From: Centroscyllium fabricii
Taxonomy: Eukaryota
Length of the DNA: 64,000 nucleotides
Direction of reading: 5' to 3'
Assembly (NCBI GenBank): GCA_051313645.2
Contig: JBNRSN020000014.1
Coordinates: 78,988,001-79,052,000, forward strand
Part shown: positions 12,439 to 25,633 of the stretch, in pieces
Layout: each line of letters opens with the position of its first letter
Position numbering within the stretch: the first letter of the stretch is position 1
The notes under the pieces: model-generated
What the model was told of the DNA's origin: nothing
Database searches by the model: none
The model's input: the letters and a program-made list of their open reading frames with translations, nothing else
Translations under genes and position numbers: made by a program

Positions 12439-14456
12439 TACCACAGAAGGATTGTAGGAGCTTTATTTCTTAATCCAAACTACTGTCAAACAATTAGATT
12501 GGTGTACAGCACAGCACTGCCCCGGAGTGGACTGAAGGATTATCTCGCAGCACTGTACTGTCCAACAGCGTCGAAATTGTTACTCATTGGCTGTGGGCCA
12601 AATGATTGCATCCTTAGGCTTCCCAGGAACAAAGCTGAACCACATAACAATGGGCCATTGTACTGGGAGCACCAGTACATGTTGCACTGCAGTACTTATG
12701 CCCCATGTTTATTCAACATGTGTTACGTGTCAGAAATGATGACTAAGGTATAAACCAGATATGCAGATGGATTTGAGGATTATGGAAAAATAAACTGCTT
12801 GTGACACAGGTAGTCCACAATCTAAATTTGAACCGTAAAACTCTTCTAAGAATCTGCTGCTAATCTGCATTTTGCATCCGCAGTTTTTTTGCATTTTCTA
12901 CTTTGATTCAGACCAAAAGAAGTACACACACAAACAAAATGTTGGCATCTTGCAGCATTTTATTCCATCAATTAAGTCTCCCTCATCAAGTTTCAGCAGA
13001 TTTTCACTGCTTTCACATCTTAAGCATGATTTTAAAGATTGCTGTAATGTTGAATTAGAACAACATTTAGAGTTGGAGAAGTTATAATTTTTACATTTGT
13101 TGAGTGATGAAGCAAGAATCTAATCTTGTATTTTCACTTTGGTGCACCTGGCACGTGCTGGGGTGGAGAGCAGACAGTAATTGTGCACACGGTAGGGTTT
13201 TTGGGGAGGGCGGGGGGCAATTTGGATGGTCTTCTCCTGTTTTTCTTTCCCACGTGTTCCAACATCATTGCAGAAACAGTTTCATAAAAGATCAGAAGTT
13301 GGGAGCTCTGCCCTTATTGGTTCATCTTAACAACATATTCAATCTTTCTTTCTTTAACTTTTCTATTTGTGTTTGATTCAATTAGTGTGGTGGATGATTG
13401 TGGCCGTTTTTGTGTTAGCTGTCCCCAAACAGTGCCCACTGGAAGGGAATCGAGACTGTTCAATGGGTGTGTTATAATGTCTACTTGGTTTGTACAATTC
13501 TTAAATCTATTCTCTGCATCAATTAAATAGGAATAATTTACTGAGAATTTCTTTTTATAAAACAAATGTAGATTGATTTTTCAAGTGAGTCTGAACTGAG
13601 ACTACACTTATTCCTCCAGACTCGAGCCTCACATCAGGAAAGTTCTGAATGCAGAGTGAAAATGTTTGTCAGAATTCAAAGCTTCAGTACTTTTTGTTGA
13701 CCAACCCCAGAGAAATCTCCAGATTTTCTGGTTGTAAATGCATTGCCATTTCAGAGTTTGATTCAAGTCTAACCTTTCATTCTCTTTCTGCTGCTGTGTG
13801 TACAGCTACAGTTTTCATCTTTCCCTTTCTCACTAATTCACTCTGATGACTGAATTTTGGTTCTAGTCCAAGAATGTGAAATTAAAGATGTATTTCTTCA
13901 GTGATGGCTGTTAAGTGTTGCAGGTGTAAGGGAGTGCATTCAACAGTTAGTGGCTGCAGAGAAGAAATCTCTTCCATTTCCCCAATAAAGTCGTTGCTCT
14001 AATTGAAGAATCTCTATAGAGTTCAAAGTAGGAGTCCCCTGAAAGGTGTTTAATTTGATGTCCTCACATTTGAGAAGCCATCTGTGGGAGTGTGGCTTAT
14101 TGTAAATGTCAAATGCTAAGAGTAGAGTAAGTGGGATTCAATCTCCATTTTAACCCGCCTCCTACCATCACCATATAGCCCAGTTGGGCTAAGTGTGAAG
14201 AGATCTTTATTGCTGTTAGAATTTAGTGTTGCACAACTACGTAGTGCCTTTATGCAATCCTTATCAGCTGACTTGCAAATGGCCGCAGATTCAAAGGGGT
14301 TGATCCAAAGGAAAACCCAAATCGTGCATGGAAAACGTGACCAGACTAAGACTGAGTTCAGCTCTCAGAAGACCAACGGGATTAGCATTCAGTTTGGCCT
14401 TGCAGTGGTCCAACATAGATCAGACCAGCTTTAATCTGTCAGTGAGTGAACTATAC

Positions 14457-14837
14457 GGGCAGCACGGTGGCACAGTGGTTAGCACTGTTGCCTCACAGCA
14501 CTAGAGACCCGGGTTCAAATCCGGCCTCGGGTACTATCTGTGTGGAGTTTGCACATTCTCCCCGTGTCTGCATGGGTTTCCTCCGGGTGCTCCGGTTTCC
14601 TCCCACAGTCCAAAGATATGCGGGTTAGGTTGATTGGCCATGATAAATTGACCCTTAGTGTTAGGGGGATTGAATATGTGGGGTTACGGGGATAGGGTGG
14701 GATAGGGATCGTGGGATATGGGGAGAAGGCAGGGACAGGGTGCTGAGTTTGGATGATCAGCCATGATCTCATTGAATGGCGGAGCAGGCTCGAAGGGCCG
14801 AATGGCCTACTCCTGCTGCTATCTTCTATGTTTCTAT
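14457..14837 (+). mobile_element. HE1 SINE, full length
   Basis: Near-identical to 2492-2871. Confidence 0.9.
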
Positions 14838-15510
14838 AACTATTATCCTATCAGTGTGGTTAGTATCTTTAAAGATCATCAATTTATTAGTTGTCCAAAG
14901 AAGGAAGTATATAGTGTGCCATAATTATTGTGGCATTGATTCCATAGCATGACATAATCCTGACACTCTGGAAAATAAAGTGACTTGGTCACAAAGTTGG
15001 TTTAGTAATGGTGTTTCATATGTATGGACAGCTGTGTTCATACTGCAATTGATGAACGGTGTACATAACTAAATACCCACAAACCAAACTTGAAGTAACC
15101 CTTGCAGTACGTTATGCTAAACGTACACCATCATATTGAAGTGGGCAGATTGACAGCCATCACTGAGAAAGCTTCCTAATTTCTAATAGACTTGTTAAGA
15201 GCTGTGCTGGGGATTTTTTCCGCTGAGACTGAAGACCCCACAATGCCAGACGGCCTTTTCTGAGCCAGTTCGTTCAGCCACTGGTTTTGGTTTACAGTTC
15301 CATCAATCTCTTCTAGCAATTTGTATTTGTGCGATTGTGTTATTGATAGTACGTTTCTATTGAAATTAACTTAATTTGCAACAAAACATTTTTATTTTTT
15401 GCGCAAGGCAATGTTTTCATTTTACATGCAGTAGTGCTAATTTATTAACTGCTTTTTAATACCTTTTTAAAAAAAACTTGCACTGAAAGGTAAATATGCT
15501 GAATATAACA

Positions 15511-16250
15511 TAAATAAGAACATAAGAAGTAGGAGCAGGAGTAGGCCATACGGCCCCTCGGGCCTGCTCTGCCATTCAATAGGATCATGGCTGATCCGAA
15601 CTTAGACTCACGTCCACTTCCCTGCCCGCTCCCCATAACCCCTTATTCCCTTATCAGCTAGGAAACTGTCTCTCTCCGTTTTTAATTTATTTAATGTTGC
15701 AGCTTCCACAGCTCTGAGGTAGCAAATTCCATAGATTTACTACCCATTGAGTGAAGAAGTTTCTCCTCATCTCAGTTTTGAAAGGGCAGCCTCTTATTCT
15801 AATATTATGCCCCCTAGTTCTAGTCTCACCCATCAGTGGAAACATCATCACCGCATCCACCCGATCAAGCCCCCTCACAATCTTATGTTTCGATAAGATC
15901 GCCTCTCATTCTTCTGAATTCCAATGAGTAGAGGCCTAACCTACTCAACCTTTCCTCATAAGTCAACCCCCTCATCTCAGGAATCAACCGAGTGAACCTT
16001 CCCTGAACTGCCCCGAGAGCAAGTATATCTTTTCTTAAATATGGAAACCAAAACTGTACGCAGTATTCCAGGTGTGGCCTCACCAGTACCCTGTATAACT
16101 GCAGCAAGACTTCCCTGCTTTTATACTCCATCCCCCTTGCAATAAAAGCCAAGATTATATTGGCCTTCCTGATCACCTGCTGTACCTGCATACTAACCTT
16201 CTGTGTTTCATGCACCAGGACCCCCAGATCCCTTTGTGCTGTCGCATATT
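15511..16250 (-). mobile_element. CR1 (HER1-like) LINE 3' fragment
   Basis: QRDLGVLVH...[17 protein letters not shown]...RGDLIET, plus a 3' tail. Confidence 0.9.
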
Positions 16251-16739
16251 TCAAATACGAACTTAAACTGGTGCGTTTTTCGTGCAAATATAACAGATTC
16301 GCAATTTTTCTGGCTCTTCCTCCAATGATTCCATAGTCCCTTAACTTACTAACACCACCAGTGAGACGTGAAGTTTGATTATCTCGCGATTAGTGGTTTG
16401 TTACTAGTGTTCTTTTGAGTGTGACAGACCTGTAATGAACTACAAAAGTGTTTCTCACAACTGAAAGCACATTGGTTGATAACTCATCACAATATGGTGG
16501 CATTCTTTCTGTTCTGAAAGTACCGTAAAGTTTGAATGTAGTTCTGGTCTGTGTAACCGCTAACTGAAAATTTACTGTCACTCAACAGTTCAAAAATGTT
16601 ACTAATTGTAGTAGAATTCTTTCCAGTGTACACCTAGCAATATTACTTTTTGTTCATAGGAACAGGAGTAGGCCATTCAATTGTTGCACTTTTACAGTTA
16701 GGAGCAGCTGTCATCCTGCTGTCCCAGTATAATTGACCA

Positions 16740-17257
16740 GTCCTTATCTGAGGAAGGATGTTCTTGCCATGGAGGAAGTGCAGCGAAGATTCACCAGGCT
16801 GATACCTGGGATGGCAGGAATGATGTATGAGGAGAGATTGGGTCGATTGGGCTTCTACTCACTGGAGTTTAGAAGAATGAGAGGGGATCTCATTGAAACT
16901 TAACAGGACTAGACAGACTAGATGCAGAAAGGATGTTCCCGATGGCCGGGGAGTCCAGAACCAGGGGTCACAGTCTAAGGATAAGGGGTAAACCATTTAG
17001 GACTGAGATGAGGAGGAATTTCTTCACCCAGAGAGTGGTGAACCTGTGGAATTCTCTACCACAGAAGGCAGTTGAGGCCAATTCATTAAATATATTCAAA
17101 AAGGAGTTAGATATATTTCTTGGAGCTAAAGGGATCAAGGGATATGGGGAGAAAGCAGGTACGGGGTGCTGAGTTTGGATGACCAGCCATGATCTCATTG
17201 AATGGCGGAGCAGGCTCGAGGGGCTAAATGGCCGCCTCCTCTGATCTTCGATGTTTC
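16740..17257 (+). mobile_element. CR1 (HER1-like) LINE 3' fragment
   Basis: ESRTRGHSLRIRGKPFRTEMRRNFFTQRVVNLWNSLP, plus a tail shared with HE1. Confidence 0.9.
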
Positions 17258-18299
17258 AACCTGTGCTCTGGAGAGTGTTGCACCCATTTCCAATCATTTG
17301 TGACTGAAGCTTTGAATCTTGACATCTTTTTTGTTTCAGCTCATTTTGAAAGTGTTGGTTGAGTGTTATGTGTTAGAGAGAGATTTCCCCATCAGAGCGC
17401 TTTAAAAAAAAAAAAAAAAAAAAGAATGGATGAATTAAAGAATTATCATTAATCCTTCACATCCTTTGTAAATCCTTGTTGGGAGATTTTTTTTAAACAT
17501 TGGACTCTGAACTCTGAGACCTGATTTGAGGAACTGATCAGAAGGAATTACTGAACATTGCTCCTTGACAGAACTGAATTAACATCAGCAGACAGTTAAT
17601 AACCTTGTGTGTATCCACAATTGTGTCAGGTATATTGACCGTCCTTGCATTATTGGGCTCCGTAACTCCAACCCAACCCAGTGCAGCAATCCCTCTGCAC
17701 TTATGGATGGTTAGATTATGCCATTAGCATCCATTGTTTAAACAATAAAATCAGTAGAAGTACATAAAACACATTGATCCTAATTCTGTGTAATGGTTTT
17801 TAAAAAGGTGCTGATGGGGAGACTCTCTGAAGTTCTGATTGATGCACTACAATAGAAGGTTTTTCTTTGGCTTTGGAGCAGGTTCTGAATGGCTTTTATG
17901 ATGTAAATGTTGTACAGAAGCAGAAAAAATTGTTCATAACATTGTTTCGATAAAAAGCCATATCAGCTGTAAAGGTTTTCGTCCCCTTTTGAGATGTGAA
18001 AACTTTTAAACAAAACAATTCATAAACTGCCCTTCCCTGATCTTTGTACCAAATGTGTAAATTATTTTTGACTATTTATTCTGTATGATTTCAAGAGTTT
18101 TTTGTGGTTATTTAATAAGCAAAGAAGCTGTTAAACTTCCATGTTGGGTTCTTTGTTTAACCTGTAGAGCTGTTTTTTATTCTTGCTGATAAACACATTT
18201 TAAATACAGCAAAAGTGATATTGTTCCTTCTGTTTTTCCGTTTGAGAAGCTAAGTTTCCAATGAGAGCTAAGTTCAAGAGCACCCATATTTTGACTGAT

Positions 18300-18978
18300 C
18301 ACACACCCACACCCTCACACACACCCTCTCACACACATACACACACCATCACACACACCAACATACACACACACCAACATACACACACACCAACATACAC
18401 ACACACCAACATACACACACACCAACATACACACACACCAACATACACACACACCAACATACACACACACCAACATACACACACACCAACATACACACAC
18501 ACCAACATACACACACACCAACATACACACACACCAACATACACACACACCAACATACACACACACACCAACATACACACACACACCAACATACACACAC
18601 ACACCAACATACACACACACACCAACATACACACACACACCAACATACACACACACCAACATACACACACACCAACATACACACACACACCAACATACAC
18701 ACACACACACCAACATACACCCACACCAACATACACACACACACCAACATACACACACACACCAACATACACACACACCAACATACACACACACACCAAC
18801 ATACACACACACACCAACATACACACACACACCAACATACACACACACACCAACATACACACACACACCAACATACACACACACACACCAACATACACAC
18901 ACACACACCAACATACACACACACACACCAACATACACACACACCCCAACATACACACACACCCCAACATACACACAC
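18300..18978. repeat. Complex CA-rich micro/minisatellite, [CCAACATA(CA)n]
   Basis: Dozens of units of ccaacatacacaca with variable CA count. Explains the four long low-complexity ORFs. Confidence 0.95.
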
Positions 18979-20152
18979 GCGGTTAATAACCTGCGCATAA
19001 ATGGTGAGGTCCGAGGAGCTCCACATTTTTGGCCTTGGACTTGATTACATTAAAGATGGTGCAGCGGCAGGAGGCCACACTGGTAAGTGTTCAAATTCGA
19101 AGCAGCAGCCCACAGGTAAGTGGTCATGTCGTGTGGAGCGATTGGGTGTTTTGGAGCGACAATAATCAGGGGATGGTGGGATATCGGGGTCAGTGAGTCA
19201 GGGATCTCTGGACCGGGAGCGGCGATGATCAGCATGGTGATTATGGCAAGTAACTTTCCTTTTTATTTCTTTAGGTGATTTTTGGGTTGGTGTGGGTAAA
19301 GGATACCTCTTATTTGTCCTTTCTCACTAAGGCATGTGCGTCCTACCTGTCATTTAGAGTTTTGGGAGGCTGCGCAATGCCTGAAAAACAGGCTCTACAT
19401 GGCCCAATTTAATCCCCAGTGTTCATAAAAGTTATCTAAGTTGGACCAATTTTGGGACCAAGTAGAGATTCCTTTTGAAGTGACTGAAGTACAGAGCAGT
19501 AGTGGGTAGAGAAAGATAATGTTATAATTGAGCAGCGCAACACTTCCTGTGCTGCTGTCATCTTGGATGGGTCATTGGTGGACTGCAGTTGGTCAGAGCA
19601 GTTTGCCACTTGTAAGGTTGGGCTAATACTTGTGGAGAAAACTTGAAAATGATGGACTAATGTTTATTCTCTGAATCAAGATCACAACATATCCAATCTG
19701 ATCCAACCGAGTAGATGCTGCTGAATAATGAGTTTTAAACTAAAATCTTCACTATGCTGTTGGTAATTTGGTCAGATGCATGGAGATGAAAACCCACTAC
19801 TTCAGATCTTACCTGCTAGTTCTGGTCTAATGTTGAACTGGTATGAAAGTTTTGTTAGTTTGAGTCCTTTCAGAAAATTCAAACTTAAAACAGTTTAGTT
19901 TAATGTGGGGTGAGACAATTGAAGCCATTTGCGCAGTACCTACATGATGTGATTGGTTTTGGATCTTTCATGTCTCCAGGTTGACCACATGTACGAAGTG
20001 TCTCCAACTGCTTGGACTTGAGCTCGAGGTTTTTGAGCTCGAAGAGCAGTTACCGACACTTCGTCACATCTGGGAAGCTGATAGTTACCCCTCAGGCAGA
20101 ACATATTGGTGAGAATGGAAAGTGGGTGGTGGCCATATATCAGGGTAGGAAG

Positions 20153-20529
20153 CAGGGCCGGCCCTACCATATAAACGATGTAAACATTTGTTTAGGGCCC
20201 CCGATTTGAGAGGGCCCCTCATAGGCCTAAGTGTTTTCATTCTTAAATTATAGCCCATGATAGACATACATTGCCCCTGCACAATATTGTGCACAATGTA
20301 CTGGTACATAACTGGTGCATAATTATATACTGGGTACAGTATGTTTTAGTGCCGGCAGAAGAAGCCCCCCTTGTGCTTGTGCACACATATCTACAGACAC
20401 AAACAGAAAGGGCCCCCAAAATACCTTGTTTGGGGCCCCAAAATACCTTGTTTGGGGCCCCCAAAATACCTTGTTTGGGGCCCCCAAAATACCTTGTTTG
20501 GGGCCCCCAAATACCTTGAGCCGGCCCTG
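20153..20529. mobile_element. hAT MITE with internal palindromic tandem repeat
   Basis: TIR CAGGGCCGGC/GCCGGCCCTG, a perfect 8-bp TSD GTAGGAAG, and about 5 copies of gggccccc(a)aaataccttgtttg at 20410-20517. Confidence 0.85.
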
Positions 20530-20552
20530 GTAGGAAGAGAAGACAGGAGGCA

Positions 20553-20940
20553 ACAGCAATAACCACTTGCATTTATACGGCACCTTTAACGTAGTAAAAT
20601 GTTCCAAGGCGCTTGACAGGAGCGTTATCAAACAAGATTTGACACCGAGCCACATAAGGAGATATTGGGGCAGATGAGAGGTAGGTTTTAAGGAGCATCT
20701 TAAAGGAGGAAAGAAAGGCAAAGAAGTTTAGGGAGGGGGGGATTCCAGAGTTCAGGGCCTTGGCAGCTTAAGGCGCGGCCGCCAATGGTGGAGCGCTTAA
20801 AATCGGGGATGCTCAAGAGGCCAGAGTTGGAGGAGAGCAGATATCTCGGAGGGTTGTGGGGCTGGAGGTGATGACAGAGATGGGGTGGGGCGAGGTCATG
20901 GAGGAATTTGAAAACGCGGATGAGAATGTTAATATCACAG
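20553..20940 (-). mobile_element. L2-clade LINE 3' fragment
   Basis: KFLHDLAPPHL...RSTIGGRALSCQGPELWN and an L2-type 3' end. Related older pieces occur at 27140-27270 and 32690-33450. Confidence 0.7.
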
Positions 20941-21928
20941 TGTGCAGAGATCTCCCGAGCATTGAATTGACAAACGGGTATTGCTGTGACAGTAACAACT
21001 GAGAAGATGAACCACGAACAAAACCACAACACTGTGGAGCAAGTGGTTGCTAAAGAGGGGGGAAGTGAAATGTAGAAACGCAGTAATAGGGGATTCCATA
21101 GTCGGGAATAGACATGGTTGCAGCTGAAAATCCTGAATGATGTGTGCGACCTCCCCAGTGCCAGAGTAAGTGATGATATGGAACAGGTGTAAAAGATTTT
21201 GGACAGGGAAGGGAATAACAAAAGTCGTGGCTCAAATTGATCCAATGACCTAGGAAGAAACAGAATTGAGGACTGCATAGGAAGTTTCAGCAATTAAAAT
21301 ATAGATTAAAGAGCAAGACCTCGAGGATAATCATCTCGGGATTACTCCTGACACCATGCTCTAGTCAGTATGGGACTAGTAAAATAACTGAGTTAGGTAC
21401 ATGACTGAATAGCTCACATAGGAAGTAAGTGTTCAGATTCACTGGGAACGGTGCAAGGGCAAGAATAGCCTTTACAGGATGGGCAGGTTTTACCTGAATA
21501 AGCAGAAAGTGAGAATTTAAACTAATATAGAGGGGGGGGGGGGGGGGCGGGCAACAAGATGAGGAAGCAGAAAGGAAAATGAAAGGGACAAGGGAGATCG
21601 GTAAGATTTCAAAAAATAGATCAGAAGGAAGAATTAAAATGAATGAGGCAAATGTGAGATTACGTATGTAAATGTACAAAATATTTCAAAGGTTGGTTAG
21701 CTGGAGGCACAACTTGCTATGGGGTATGATGTAAAGCATTAACAAGAATGTGGCATTGGCCAAGGCAGCACTGGAAACTGAACATTTCTGATTACAAAAT
21801 ATTCTGAAAACAGAGGAAATGGGGAGGAGGGGTGGCAAACTGGCAGTGTTAATCGAAGATTTCATTGCAGCACTAGAACATGGGAACGATAGCAGAGTTT
21901 ATTCCGTTTGGTTAAAGTTAAAGACTAA

Positions 21929-22999
21929 GGGCGCGAAATTGGTGGATTGGCGCCAAAAATGGCCGCTAATGGGCCGGTGCCGAATTAGCGCCAAAATTAG
22001 TGCCGGGCGCTAAATTGGCCTGGTGCTTAGCACCAGCGCTAAACGTTAGCGCAGTGCCACTTGGTGATCACCAATTGTCGTGACAATGCGGGTGCAATGC
22101 CCGCCCAGCGGGCTGCGCGTGATATTGGGTTTAGCACCTTTCCACTGCCCCCCGCGCTATTAGCGCCAGCTTTTGCAAGCGCTGCAGCAGGTTTGAGTGG
22201 CCGCTGCAGCGCTGCTAAAAGGGCCACCCTCCCTCTTCAGCCTGAGATCGGCCAGTTGCTAAGGGAAGGGGGAGGCGTCCCGATTAGCCAAATGATCAGA
22301 GTGCGGGGAGGGAGGCCCGCGATCGGCAGCTGATCAGAGAGCAGGGAGGGAAAGATGCTGCTCTGCTTCCTCTTTAAGACCTAATTGGTTGCAGAGGTCA
22401 TGGGGAAGCAAGCAGTTAGTGAGACATAGGAGCAGGAGTAGGCCATTCGGCCCCTCGAGCCTGCTCCACCATTCAATGAGATCATGGCTGATCATCCAAA
22501 CCCAGTACCGTCCCTGCCTTGTCCCCATATCCCTCGATCCCTATCGAGCCTGCACCAACACATATCCCACCCTATCCCCGTAACCCCACATATTCAATCC
22601 CCCTAACAGTAAGGGTCAATTTATCCTAGCCAATCAACCTAAGCCGCACATCTTTAGACTGGGAGGAAACCGGACACCCGGAGGAAACCCACACAGACAC
22701 GGGGAGAATGTGCAAACTCCACACAGATAGTACCCGAGGCTGGATTTGAACCTGGGTCTCTAGTGCTGTAAGGCAACAGTGCTAACCACCATGCCGCCCA
22801 TCTATCTATGTGAGGGAGCGCAGCGCCCGGGAACGGCAATTAGCGGCAAGATATTGGCCGCCTGGAAGCCGTGCAAGACGTGAATTAGCGCCGAAATCTG
22901 CAATGATGGCGCTAACACCAATATCAGCCGCCTCGGCGCTAATTATTAGCGTAGCGCCAATTTTAGCGCCGAAAACATGCACTCACGAATTTCCCGCCC
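21929..22999. mobile_element. Harbinger-like MITE (same family as 5047-5759, inverted), with HE1 SINE inserted at about 22425-22800
   Basis: GGGCGCGAAATT...AATTTCCCGCCC termini and an HE1 on the minus strand inside. Confidence 0.75.
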
Positions 23000-23535
23000 A
23001 ATGAAAGGAATTGATACTTTATTGGGAATAATAGTGTTGGCTGCCGAACAGCGGAAAAAGTGGACTTTACATGGAGATAATACTGGATTAAATTTTCTAA
23101 AGATAGACTGGGGTAAAAATAATGCAAGTAGCAAAGATGCGTTATTATGATTTGTCCAGGATTGTTTTCCAGATCAGATTGTTTTTAGTCCAAGAGGCAG
23201 TGCTGGATCTAGTCCAGGAAATGAAGTGGGTGAGTAGGTAATGTAAAGGCAACAAACTTAACATAATTAGACTCCATGAAGAAATGAAACCGGTAGGGTG
23301 ACAAAGATGACTTGACTCCAAACAAGCCAATTTTAAAGCGGATTAAAAAAACACCAGCTCCGATAAATTGGAAAGAAAAACTGGCAGAAAAAGTGCATAA
23401 AATGGGAAAACCTTCAAATTGGAAATGATTAGGGAACAGACAAGTCATATGCCCTCAAGAAAAGAGGTTGCACCAAAAGCTGGAGTTTCTGAAATGAGAA
23501 AAAAGATTTAAATTATAGCGTAAAAAAATTCAAGC

Positions 23536-25633
23536 GGCAAGTCTAGTGGGGAATGTCACTCAAAGGGTTGACGGTGGAAAGGCAATGGCAAACATTCAAA
23601 GATCGCATGGATGAACTATCATCCCAGCTTGGCATAAAAATAAAACAAAAAAGGTGACCCAACCGTGGCTAACAAGGGAAATTAGGGATAGCATAAGATC
23701 CAAGGAAAAGACATAGAAATTGGCCAGAAAAGCAGAAAACCTGAGGATTGGGAGCAGTTTAGGATTCAACAAAGGGATTAATTAAGAGGGGGGAAATAGA
23801 GTATGAGCGTAAGCTTGCTGGGAACATAAAAACTGACTGTAAAAGCTTTTAGATATGTGAAGAGAAAAAGATTGGTGAAGTCAAGTGTAGGTCCTTTGCA
23901 GTCAGAATCAGGGGAATTTATAATGCGGGAAAAAGAAATGGCAGACCAATTAAATACATACTTTGGTTCTGTCTTCACAAAGGAGGACACAAACAACCTC
24001 CCGGAGATGTCGGGGAACATAGGGACTAATGAGAGGGAGGAACTGAAAGAAATCAGTATTGTTAGGGAAATTGATGGGATTGAAGGCTGATAAATCCCCA
24101 GGGCCTGATAATATACATCCTAGGGTACTTAAGGAAGTGGCCCTGGATATAGTAGATGCATTGCTGATCATCTTCCAGAACTCGATAGACTCTGGAACAG
24201 TACCCATGGATTGGAGGGTAGCTAGTGTTACCCCACTATTCAAAAAAGGTGGTAGAGAGAAAGCGGGGAATTATCGACCAGTAAGCCTGATGTCAGTAGT
24301 GGGGAAAATGCTAGAGTCCATTATAAAAGATGTAATAGCAGAACACTTGGAAAGCAGTGACCGGATCGGACAAAGTCAACATGGAATTACAAAAGGTAAA
24401 TTGTGCTTGACTAATCTTCTGGAATTTTTTGAGGATGTAACTGGTAAAATAGATAAGGGAGAACCAGTGGATGTGGTGTGGTGTATTTGGACTTTCAAAA
24501 GGCTTTCAACAAGGTCCCACGTAAGAGATTAGCGTGCAAAGTTAAAACACATGGGATTGGGGGTAAAGTACTGACTTGGATAGAGAACTGGTTGGCAGGT
24601 AGAAAGCAAAGTGTTGGAATAAACGGGTTGTTTTCGAAGTGGCAGGCAGTGACTAGTAGGGTACCGCAAGGATCGGTCCTAGGACCCTAGCTGTTCACAA
24701 TATATATTAATGAACTGGACGAGGGAATTGGATGTAGTATCTCCAAATTTGCAGACGACACAAAGCTGGGTCGGAGGGCATGCTGTGAGGAGGATGTCGT
24801 GAAACTCCAGTATGATTTGGACAGGTTGGGTGATTGGGCAGATGCATAGCAAATGCACTATAATGTGGATAAATGCGAGGTTATCCACTTTGGTGGCAAA
24901 AACAGGAAGGCAGATTATTTGAATGGCAATAGATTGGGAAAAGGGGAAGTGCAGCGAGACCTAGGTGTCCTTGTGCACCAGTCACTGGAAGTAAGCATGC
25001 AGGTGCAGCAGGCAGTTAAGGCAAATGGTATGTTGGCCTTCGTAGCAAGGGTGTTTGAGTACAGGAACAAGGATGTCCTGCTGCAGCTGTACAGGGCCTT
25101 GGTGAAACCGCACCTCGAGTATTAAGTGCAATTTTGGTCGCCTTATCGAAGGAAGAATGTTCTTGCCATGGAAGGAGTGCAGCGAAGATTCACCAGGCTG
25201 ATACCTGGGATGGCAGGAATGACATATGAGGAGAAATTGTGTCGATTGGGCTTATATTCACTGGAGTTTAGAAGATTGAGTGGGGATCTCGTCGAAACCT
25301 ATAAAATTCTGTCAGGCCTGGACAGACTAGATGCAGGAAGGATCTTCCCGATGGTGGGGGAGTCCAGAACCAGGGGTCATAGTCTAAGGATAAGGGATAA
25401 GCCATTTAGGACTGAGATGATGAGCAATTTCTTCACCGAGTGTGGTGAACCTGTGGAATTCTCTGCCACAGAGGGCGATGGAGGCCAGTTCATTGGATAT
25501 GTTCCTTCAGGCTAAGGGGATCAAGGGATATGGCAGGGACAGGGTACTGAATTTGGATGATCAGCCATGATCTCATTGAATGGTGGAGCAGGCATGAGGG
25601 GCCGAATGGCCCACTCCTGCTCCTATCTTCTAT
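23536..25633 (+). mobile_element. CR1/HER1 LINE, 5'-truncated ORF2 (RT) with stops and frameshifts, embedded in an older degenerate CR1 (about 21.3-26.5 kb)
   Basis: KSPGPDNIHPRVLKE, NYRPVSL, YLDFQKAFNKVP, VPQGSVLGP, FADDTK and the 3' tail. Confidence 0.92.

Larger units (their letters stand above)
10207..18240 (+). other. CRAMP1: Putative long CRAMP1 3'UTR (end uncertain)
   Basis: AT-rich unique sequence after the stop. AATAAA at 12789, 13984 and 17744. AU-rich/TGTA-rich block at 17.9-18.2 kb followed by a U-rich tract. Confidence 0.35.

Noticed and set aside
18261-19026. Four ORFs of 215-241 aa (HT-rich or CV-rich)
   Set aside because: They are translations of the CA microsatellite, which lacks stop codons.
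20410-20517. Palindromic repeats resembling a CRISPR array
   Set aside because: There are no unique spacers, they lie inside a hAT MITE, the context is eukaryotic, and no cas genes are present.
21532-21551. Long G/C homopolymers (also at 25878, 40564, 51006 and 61663)
   Set aside because: Simple repeats of uncertain length, possibly sequencing-affected, with no functional evidence.
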